From: a virus
Strand: one strand, 5' to 3'
IMG/VR virus record: IMGVR_UViG_3300006752_000025
Span: 4,955-68,954 of that record
Length of the DNA stretch: 64,000 bases
A model generated the notes under the pieces. It worked only from the letters and a program-made list of their open reading frames with translations, was not told where the DNA came from and did not search any database. A program made the translations under genes and the position numbers. Below, piece after piece: positions 10,801 to 22,800 of this stretch; positions within the stretch are counted from its first letter, which is position 1, and the number at the start of each line of letters is the position of its first letter.

Positions 10801-13800
10801 ACAGCAAATGAATTTTATTCTGAGAATGATAAATTTACTTGGAACTATGGAAATGGTTCTCAACTTCCTGGACACTGGAAAGGCTTTTACTTATATTATT
10901 ACGACACCATAAAGCCTCATACACATCCATGGGAAATGCTAGGCTTTACAGAAAAGCCACTTTGGTGGGACACTGAGTATGCTTTATATGCACCCACTGA
11001 TGTTAATAAAGTAAGTCCAATAATTGATTATACACCTACAAATACAAAACTGTGGGACGACTTAGAGAATGGTATAATTAGAAAAGGACCTAGAGCAAAC
11101 CTTTACAACAACTTGTATAAAAATAATAATCCTTTTAGAAGAATAGGATTACATGAAGTACTACCAGTTAATTCTAGTGGAGAATTAATTGCACCAGCAG
11201 ATATTGTATCTACTGAAACAACATCATTGGCCCAAACATGGAATAATGAATTTGTTAATGTAATAACAGATATACAAGCAACATCATTTAATAGAATTGA
11301 TGGACTGTCGGTGTCTGTAGATAATAGCAATTTGTATGTTAAAAGTAATACAATACCTAATCACAGTATTGATGGCTTACACTATGAGCATTCAGGACAT
11401 GCTACACTTGACGGTGATACAGTAGAGTTCAACGAAGTAACATACAATATTCCAAAACGAGATCTTCAACAGATTTCAGCAATAGGAAATACAGACAAGC
11501 AAGGCTCCGGACCTGTTGCTGTTGCTATTAACGGTATTCCTGTTTACAATATACATTCTAAAGAATCTTGGAACAACGAAGATGAGTGGCACTACTCAAC
11601 TGTTACAAAAGAACACAATGACGACGAAACAGAACATGCGAGTGCTGATGATGGTATATTACATTATCATGTGTTCAGTCCACGTGTAGTAGGATTAAGC
11701 GAGTGGAGTACCACAGAGCACTCACCAATAGTAGGTTGGGCACTCGACGGCTTACCAATTTATGGACCATATGGATATGCAGATCCTGATGACTCCACAA
11801 GTGCTATAACAAGAATTCAATCACCATGGAATGTAAGATCTGGTTCAAGACTAACAGGACCAGGCGGAGCATACACTGGCCAATTTGTAGAGGATTGGGA
11901 ACCAACTGGCAGTGGTGATACTTATACAAATAGTTACAATGTGAGATATGCAAAAACACCAGATTCTCCAGATACTAAAATTAGATTTTATGTTGCCACA
12001 GTAGATGAAAACAACAAGCCTACTTTCCCATACCATGTTGGTGGCGGAAGTGGTGCAGGAACATCAGGTAACAATGTATACCAAAACAATTTTTATTCTA
12101 ATGCACATGACACTGGATTAATAAAAGAAATCAACATTGTAAACAAAGGTGGACAATACACTAATGCTACAGTTGCTATAACAGGCGATGGTACTGGTGC
12201 AACTGCAACGGCAACTATTGTTGATGGTAGTATACAAGCAATTACTATTACAAATCCAGGTTCTAATTATACAAAGGCACAGGCAACAATACAAGGTGAC
12301 GGTTACAGAGCTATATTAACTGTTGTTCTCGACACTGCTGACAATAATAGAAACAGCGGCTATTTTGATACTGATGCTCCAGAATATATTAGAAGCACAA
12401 AAGATATCAGTGTAACCACAAATGATGGTGTCGACAGCCGATGGGCATTCGGTGATTGCAGTCCTACAGAATATGCATGGAGAAGTACTGAAGAATTTCC
12501 ATTTGCAATGTCCGAAGCTCTATTGTTAGCAAGACCAGGTTTGTTTGCAACATTTTTTAGTAACCCTGTTGTACTACATAGACCTAGTTGTAATAATCAA
12601 TATCTTCTAAATAAGGACACAGGAGAAACTTGGAAGTTTTATGATACTGCAGAATTTTTAATACACGGCGAACTAGATCAAAATAAAAAATTCACCACAG
12701 CAATTGGTTATAGTCAGTTTATATACACTTGGTTACAATTCCAAAACCTAAATATCAGTGATGACTTTGCAGTTAAGATGCGTACACTCAATACTAACTT
12801 AGCACAAAGAATGAGTGGCTTTGTTGACAAAGACACAATGGTTGCAAGAACAGACCAATATAGTAATGATGGAAATGCAACAAGTCTTATTATACCACAA
12901 GAAAACATAAATGTCAACCTGCATAGCAGTAACTATAAAACAAGAAGTTTCTACAGTGGTGTTGTAATTGAGAAAAGTGCAACCGGATACATAATTAGAG
13001 GCTTTGACAAGAACAGAGGTTACTTCAATGTTTTACCTATTGATCCAAAGAGTCCAAAATCTAGTATATCAGTAGGCGGAGAGCCAGCACCGCATGTACA
13101 GTGGGAACCTGGCAAAAGTTATGCCAAAGGAACTATTGTAGAAAACAATAGAAATTATTATAGAGCAAAATTAAATGTAACATCAGGTTCTACATTTGAA
13201 TTAAAGTATTGGAATAGTTTAAGTAAGTTACCACAACAAAACGGTGCAGAAGCGGCATTGTACAGTGTTCGTAAGACTATACCAACTAGAGTATATTATG
13301 ATACAGAATATACTTTGGTACAAGAAGTATTTGATTTCCTAGTAGGATTGGGTGCATACAATAATCAAGAAGGTTTTGACTTTGGCGAATTTGATGGTGC
13401 AATAAACGATGTTAACGATTGGATGTATGCAGGTAAGCAATTCTTATTCTGGACTACAGGTAAATGGGAAATTGGTAACACTATTGAGTTATCACCACTA
13501 GCAAGACGTTTACGTTTTACTGCGCCACGTGGTTTTATTGCAAAGATTAATAGAACAGACAGAGATCAGTTTGCACTAATGGATCAAGCAGGTGCTGTTA
13601 TTGATCCTACAAAATGTCAAATCAACAGAGAAAATTCTGAGATAGAAATCATACCTCCTGTAGGACAACAAATTTATGGTTGCATGTTATTCACAAAAGA
13701 AATAGAACATGCTTTAGTATTTGATAATAACACAGTGTTTGCTGATGTTATATTTGACGATGTACATGATCAAAGACACAAGAGGATAAAACTTAAAGCA

Positions 13801-16800
13801 AACAGAACAAGAAATTGGACTGGTAAATTCTTCTCAGAAGGATTTATTATAGACGGTGACGAGTTGAGACCAAACTTAGATAATATGGCAGAAAGTTTAG
13901 GACGTTACCATGAACTAGGTTTTGTGCCTGTTGAAAAACAATTATACGAACAAAGTAGAGCATTATTTGGGTACCAAGAAAAAAGTTATCTAACAGAATT
14001 AGATGTGCTTGACGAACAACAATTTGAATTCTATCAAGGTATGATTCAAAATAAAGGTACCAAAGAAAGTTTAACACGTTTAGCAAATAGTAACAGCATT
14101 GTTCAAGGCAACATTACTGTATTCGACGAATGGGCGTTACGTGTTGGCGATTTTGGTAATACCAAAAACAAACAAAATATTGAACTAAAACTTTACAAAT
14201 CAGATTTCAAACAGAGTAGTCAATTAATAAAATTAGACTATCCACAAAGTACAACTAATTGTATCGAGCGTATTGATGTATTTGAAGCAAGATATCAATA
14301 CGAAAAACTTCCTGTAATTGAAATATCAATGCCTAGTGATCCAAAAGGAAAACAAGCGACAGCCGTTGTTAGATTAGATAACAATAATAAACTGGAAAGA
14401 ATTGTTGTAACAGACGGAGGCTCTGGTTATAATAATCCTGAGTCATTAGCGGCTCGTGTGGTAGCATCAAATGTTTTAATTAACGAAGTTGAAACAGTTT
14501 TAGACAAAGCATTAGTAATTGGTAATACTTATATTACTGATACTACATCAATGAGACTTGAATTAACAGATCATGTTACTGACACTACAGTAGCACTAAA
14601 TGTTACAAATTCAAATGGCAGTGCAAATGTAACAGGTGCAAACATTGCTACAGCAATTAATAGCAATGCTTTACTAAACGTTAATATTACAGCATCAAGT
14701 ATTTCAAATTACACTGATACTGATGACGATGCAAATATTACTACATTGATTGCTAAAGATTTAATAACATTATCTGGAAGTGATTTTACTGTAGTAGACG
14801 GTGCAAACATTGGAATCACAAATGCTAGATACCAACCACAACAAAAATTCAGTCTAGTAGGCGCATTAGCAAATACTGATTCTAATTATGAGACTAATGC
14901 AAATGACATTGTTGTTGAGGTAGACGATGTAAATGTACCACGTGTAGACGAATTTAATGCATTAGATGTATATTGGACTTTTGATAAAGGTTCTAATTTT
15001 CAAATTACAACATCTGCTGATTACCCAAGTTTGGATATAAACACTATTGCTGATGCAAATAACAATGCGTTTGCTTTGTTGAATAACAGTGTTACACTTG
15101 CCTTCCCAGGTAGTAATAATATAGCATCAAGTAATTTAATCAAAGGCAGTAATAGCCAATACAAATACGTTGAAGTATACATTAACAATGTACAAATTTT
15201 TAACTCGCCAAGTACATATACATCAGACGGCGAAGTTGTTTCTGACGGTAATGTATTTACATTGACGACTAGCGGAATTACATTTAATGACATTTCGTTG
15301 TTACCAAACACTGTGTTAACACCAGACATAAATCCACCGATAGACACTGATGCTAATGGTCAACAAAGAGATACATACTATACCTTAAAAGAAGGTAGCA
15401 CTATTCAAATTACAGAAAGACCAACATTGCAATTTACTGATAAGTTTGTTGGCGACTTACCAGAATCTACTGTAAGAATAAAAGTCACTGCTAAAGAAGG
15501 TATTGCACCACGTGTTGGTATTAAACGAACATATGATGTTGTGCCATCAACGTCAAAAGATATAGTAGTATTTGACATTGATGATTCAACAAGATTCTTG
15601 AAAAAACCTGAAGGTACTAAAATTAGTAAACTTTGGCCAACAACTGCAAATGTTGATCTGTTAGGCATGACTGACAGTAACTATCCTAAGATTAGTAATG
15701 CAGGTTATGTAAACTCTGCAAATGTTAATTTCTTAGCATTTGATGTACAAAGTTTAAGTGATTTATACAGAGATGATTTTATTTTCAAACCCAAGCAAAA
15801 TGATTACATTCATGTTGCAAAGTCTGAGAACGAAGATTGGAATGTATATGAATTAATGCCTGCAGGTGATGATGTATTAAGTGAATCAGCAAGTACAAAA
15901 GTAAACTATTTAGAAAGATCAACATCTGGTAATGTAAGTCTGTTTACAAACTACAGTTTGTTATCATACATAGACAGCAACCAAATTGGTGAGAATAATA
16001 CAGGAAAGTATTTAGACTTTGTGTTATCTCTACAAAATGCAAATGTAAATGACAATATTGTACTATGGAATAACGAAAAAATAATCAGAGAAGCAACCAG
16101 CAAAGTAAAAGGTTTTGAAGCACCAAGGCAGATTGAAGCAAGGATACAATCCATTGGACCATTGAATGCATTTAACATTGCATCCACTGAGCCGGCTATT
16201 AGCCAAGTTTATTCTGGTTTACGTGCTAGAGTTTTACCTACCAGTGACGGTAACACATTGCAATTAACTGGCTCTGTTGGCACCATAGGAAATGGTGACG
16301 CTGTTCAGATTATAGATAATGTAGGAACAACTGTTCAAAGAGATACAGTGGTTGCAACAGTTTCATCAGGTAACGTATCACTTAACCCAACAAGCATTGC
16401 TAATTTAACAATAACAAGTGCAGGTTCTGGATATAATGAACCTCCTACAGTTACAGTATCACCTGACTTGGGTGCAAATATCACAGCAGGTATAGAAGGT
16501 AATGTTAGCACTGTAAACATTGTAACCGACAACAACTTCCAAACTGCAAACGTCACACTAGGTGGCGGTGGCGGTACTGGTGCAACTGTTAGAACTGAAA
16601 TTTTTGATGCAGAACTTGTGGGCTTTACAGTCACAGACGGTGGTTCAGGTTATTTGTATGATTCCAGTGGTAATCCAACTCAGGCTGTTACTGTTACAGT
16701 AAGTGGAAGTGGCACAGCAGAAGTAAGAGATTTTGATGTTGATCCATCCACAGGAGAGATACTTAATATCAACGTGACCAATGGTGGTAGCGGGTATGAT

Positions 16801-19800
16801 AGTGGTAGCCTTCCTAGTGTAACAATTAGTGGTAGTGGTGGCTCAGGTGCAACCGCAGTGCCAATCATACAAGGTAACGTAAGAGCAATAGTTACCAATA
16901 TTGGTTCAGGATACACACAACCACCAGCAGTTATAATACATGGTGACGGTACAGGCTTCAGTGGTGAAGCAGTACTAAATGCAAAAGTAACAAGCCTAAC
17001 AGTTAACAATGGCGGCGTAGGTTACACCAGTACACCTACAATAAGTATTTCAGGTTCAGCAACTGCAACACCAAACATGGACTTTGGTAATGCAGAAATT
17101 GATCAAAATATTATAGATGATGGTACTTTCCTAAAAACCAAAGTTGTTATCACAGGTAGCATAAATGTTGACACAATATTTGGTTTGCCTAGTGAAGCAA
17201 ACACATCAACTATAAACAAGATTAATTCATTGTTCCAAAACGATCACACTGTAATTGGATACTCACAGAACTCTACAAGTGCATTGTTACATATCAATGA
17301 GCCGTTATTAGAAGATGCCGATGTTGTTAGCAACATTAATAATTTAGCATTCCAAATTAAGTCATACAAAGATTACTCACCTAGCACTGGTAGATATTTT
17401 GTTGTTAGTAATGTTACTCAGAGAAGTTTTACTATTACTAGACCTAACAGTGTTGATGGTAACGGAGTATCTGTTAGACACTTGAACGATACAAAACTTG
17501 TTACTGGTGATAGTTTAATACCAATTAACGGTGGAGATATAGTTAGAGTCAATGCAAATAACTTCGAAGGTATGTTTAGAGTTAAGTCATCTGAAAATGG
17601 CAATATCACAATACCATCACCATTTACATTTGATTTCCAATCAGGAACTGTAAGCACAGAAGGTATTAAAATTAAAACTGTTAGTGATCATGGCATATCA
17701 CCATTATATGCTGAGTATGGTAAAAGAATTGCTGTGCATTTTGCTAATCCAAAAACATACAACCAAATTTATAAAATAGACAAGGTAACACCAACAGAAT
17801 TATACATAAACAATCGTTGGGCAAAAACCAGTAAAACTCAAGTTTATTATGATCACAAAATTGGCACAATAAACGGTAGTGTTCCTTATGAAGCAGGTAA
17901 CATAAATGCTGATTATGCAAACTCAACAAACACTGTTGGTCTTACTAGAAGTACAGACTTAACAGAAACGTTAGTTAAGTATACTAGCAATAGCCAAATT
18001 GTAAATCCAAGATTTGTAAGTGTCGTTGAAGACGGTACAGTGTGTGCAATTCATCCTGATGCCTTACCAGCGGACACAACTATCAGTGTCGACGTTGATA
18101 TACAACGTGATATTGGTAGAGATATTTTATATCCACAGTTAAGCACAATTGACCAAGGAGTTGTAACTCTCAAAGGTTCACAGCAACACTTAACAAGTTA
18201 CAATAACCCACAGGCATTAGAAAATGATCTTAACAGGACTATTAAACTAAAACAAAGTTTTACCGATCCATCAAGTATGACCACAGTGAATCCAAAAACA
18301 GGATTACCTGCAATGCAATTGAAAATACCAATGCTGAGAAGTCCGTGGTTACCTGTTGTTGGTGATACGCCAGCACCATTAATACATGATTATGGTCCTT
18401 ATGTGTTAAGCACTGAGGCACTAAACAACATTGAACAGAATTATGTAACTGGTTCAATGGTGCTTGGTTCAGACGATGAATCCAGAATTGATCCTGCATT
18501 CTACAAAGGAGCAAAACAATCAGGTCCTATTTACGGTCTTAGATATACCAAAGAAGATATTAATTATGTTTGGGATAACGAAATTCAGCAATACGTACCA
18601 GAATTTACTATTATTAAAAATGGTGAAATTGTAAACTCATTAGGTGATCAATCTGTGCCACCAATGCCAGAGTTTCATGTTCCTCAAAGTGTGTTAAACA
18701 ATTCTCCAGTGACGGTCAGAGAAGATTTTGTGTTAAAACAAATTCCTGGTAGTGCAAATAGTAACAGACCATGGAGACCTGTCAGAAAACAACAAACATA
18801 TAATATGCTTGACAATAAAACTTTTACTGCAGGCTCAGATGAAATTACAATACCTGCATATAGATTACGTGCAATCAAAAACGAAAATGTATTTTTAATT
18901 TATCAAGCAGTACAAAATACAGACAATCACGTATACTATGCTAAAGTTGATGAAAGCAATCCGCCTAATTTAGATCATGACTTTAATGCAACAATCAATA
19001 GATATGCTGATTTTGGCCAGTATGATACAACAGATTACTATTGGAGAAATGAAATATTGCCTTCAATAGATTCAGATAATAAAATCAGTGATCCAAAAGA
19101 TCCTATTAGATTGAGAAAAACAAAAAACATTATAAATCTAAGTGCAGTTGAACCTGCGGCGTATGTTGGTCCACAATTGATCCCAGAACCTTTTGCATTA
19201 GCAGGCGGAAATAATTCAGATAGAGTAGCAAACTTTACAGCATTGCCAATTGGTACACAGGCCAAACCATCAACGTTTTTAGATTATGCTCCAGGCGAAC
19301 CAGGTGGCGTCCTACCAGGTGGAGCCGAGGGTGAAGAATTATATGTGCCGCAAACAGGATTTGGTAGATTCCTTTTATGGACCCCAGGATTAGCACCAGG
19401 GCAATGGGCACCAACTTCAGGCGGTCCTGGAGCAATAGATACCGAATCATTAGGATATGGTAGTGGGTATTATCAAGTAGACGATGATCACGATGTGTTA
19501 GATTATCCTGATGTTTCAGGTCTTACATACGATAAACCTATTGCTAGATTCAAATACAGCAGAAGGTTTAATATTTTACCTACAGTATATAATAGTAATA
19601 GACGTATTTACGAAATCAATGGAACTAGGTATACTGAAGATGAGCTAGTAGCACTAACACCTGATACTAGATCCAGAGACGGTGATTCTAATCAAGCATT
19701 TTGGGATGGTATATTCGAAGACATAAACGGTATAGACAAAGAGATAGACTACAATTTCTTCTTTGATGAAGAGTGGTGGGACTACTTAGAAATAGAAGAA

Positions 19801-22800
19801 CTTGTATTAGATAACATTGCCACCGAAGGCAACAATGATGTTGATAATACTAAATTGAGACCTGAACATATTTTTGTTGCATGTTTTTGGACAGAATCAT
19901 TTACATACGTGCAACAGATAACAGGTTATAATTATGATCAACTTGATGCCGATGGCGCACCAGCACCAATATACAGTGACTACGATGGAACAGTTGTACG
20001 TGTTAAGTATATTAGACTTACAGAATTACCGCCAAATGCAATTACAAGAAGATTAATACCAGATACTGGTTGGGCAGGCAAAGGCTGGAACAATGTTACA
20101 GTTGATTATGCTATCCAACAAAACAATGGTGATCAAACAGATATTGATTCTTACATAGATCAATTTGACCCTGTAGAAACTGGCAGTGGTAGCACAGGCG
20201 GTGATGATACATTAGTTGTAGATTTGCCAGCATTAACTAGAAGTGCAACACCTATACCAGTTGAGGGAAGTTCACAAAATTACAGTTTAAGTAATACTAG
20301 ATTATTGAGCAGTGGTGAACTAGAACAACAACTTGGATTCCAAAGTGTGCCTACTGGAGAAGGTGGTGCTCCTGTGAATACTTTAGCAAAACTTACACAA
20401 GCACCTGGACCATGTTTGTCTATTACAACACCTGACGATCCTACTCCTCCTGGAACAACTGCACCTGGAAGTTGTACTGATAAAGAAACAATGATGTTGT
20501 ACGAATCTATAAGTGATAATATTGAATCAGGATGTAATCCTGGTAGTGTACCAAGTAGCGATAAGACTCAGAGCGAAAAGAGCAGTATTACTGATTTGTT
20601 AATACAAGATGCTTCAAGTTGCGTATTCTTCGACGGGGCTCGTTATCAAAATGGTGATGGAAAACTCAACATGTTCTTTGGTAAATCAGTTAAAATTGCC
20701 ACATCAGGAACAGTAGATCTATTTATAAATTCTCATATTGAGAATAATGCTAACAAAGACAAACCATTTGGTAATGCTACTGGATATGTTGTTTGGCAAA
20801 GTGATCAACCATTGTGGGACGGCAATGCCAACAAAGCATTTAGTTCAAGAACGTTTTTAATTGACTGGTTAAATAGACCCGAAACTAGATTACTCAAGAG
20901 CACAATGAACAACTCAAATGATATTCCGACAAGAAGCGGAGATCAGATATCTAGATACGGAGTTGACTCTAATTTATCAGAAGGTAATACAAGATATACA
21001 CAAGTTGATGGAGTATTTGATACTGACGATCGCGGACTTGCAATTTATCCTGGTGGTAATAAAGAAACTAAACTATATAATGATTTAACATTTACAAGAT
21101 TAATTGAAGACTTAGATAATAATAATATCTCAGTTAAATGGGCCGATTGGCACAGCGACATAGGTACAGCAATGCTGGGCAAAGGCTTTAATCCAAACAA
21201 TCAATTTGGCATGCAAGGTATTGGTTATATTAGAGCATCAAACGTTGATTGTAATAAAGGATTATACATAACTGTTATGATGGTTCCTTCATTTACGTCA
21301 ACAAATGGTAACTCATTAACCGATATAAATCATCCATCAAATTATGATAGACTCAGTGATGCGTATAATTATTTTGAAGAAGTTGATGATACTGGTAACG
21401 GTCCGTCTACAGTTAGAAACCAAGCAGTTATAAGATTTTTAGGTGAGAAACCTGATGATTATGTACCGCCTGGCCCAACATGTGATGATACAAATAGACC
21501 TAGTAGAGCATATAGAAATGGTGCTGTATTAAAAGGATGGCGAGCAACTAGAAGTAACAATAACTCTGCACAAGATGGCAGATCCGGTGAAGATTGGCGG
21601 GGCAATAAACGTGAAGTTGATAATGTATATTGGCCGTACCATTCTCTAGGCAGTATTACTCCTAATTACTTCAAAGGTTTTAATAATAATAACATTTGGG
21701 GACCATGGCGTTCACGTACAGCAGGTTCAACTCCAATACTTACTACCAATATTAGAAGTTTCCACAAATATAATTCAGGTAGAGGTGAGCATTCATACGA
21801 GGCTAAAGGTTATATGTTTGCACCATACACTGGTGTTTACTACTTTAGTGGTTGGGGAGATGACCAATTAATTGTTTGGTTATCAAGTGGTCCTGCAGAA
21901 TCAGACTTAGATATATGGAATGCATATCCTACATCATATTACGGAGCCGGTGCTTATAAAAGTCATGCACGTATAGGTGTTCCTGATGATGGTAGTGGTC
22001 CTTCTGGTGAGGCGGCAGGTACGTACGAAGAATGGTTCACAGATGATGGATTTGATGCTGATAATCCTAGAAACTATATTAGTACACCAAATGTAGAACA
22101 TAATGGAACATGGTCTGACAGAGATGGTAGTAGTACGGTTAATAATAGTACTTCAGGTCCGCCACCTAATTGGTTAATGAAAACAGGTTGGACTACCTCA
22201 AACGAAAAGAAAGCATCATGGTGGAACCAGTGGCAAAAACATAAAAAAGCAGTTTACCTAGAAGCAAATAAATTCTACTTTACTAGATTAATGTTTAGTA
22301 ACAGGGGCGGTCCTGGACACTATGGACTTATGTGGACATGTGATAGAGCCAACGGGGGCATCATAACAGGAATACCAACATTTGGAGGCTTTAGTTGTGA
22401 AGATGATGGACCACCAACAGATGGTGGCGGCGGTGGCACACCTGGAGGCGGTGGCGGTGGCGGCTGTTTCACAGGTAATATGAAGATTTGTATGGCTGAT
22501 GGCACACAAAAAGAAATCAAAGATGTTGCAGTAGGTGAAAAAGTCAAATCACTAGATACCGATACAAATGAAATTGTAGAAGTAGCAGTTAGTGGATTAA
22601 TGACACCAAGAACATGTAACATATACGAATTAACATTAGACAACGGAACTGTTATAGAAACAACAGCAGACCATCCATTTAGAACTGTTGATGGTAATTG
22701 GGCTAACATAGATCCAAACTTTGTACAACCAGGTGCAGGATATATTACTCAATCAGGCGATGCTGTACAAGCAGAAAAATTAGAAGTTGATACAATATTA

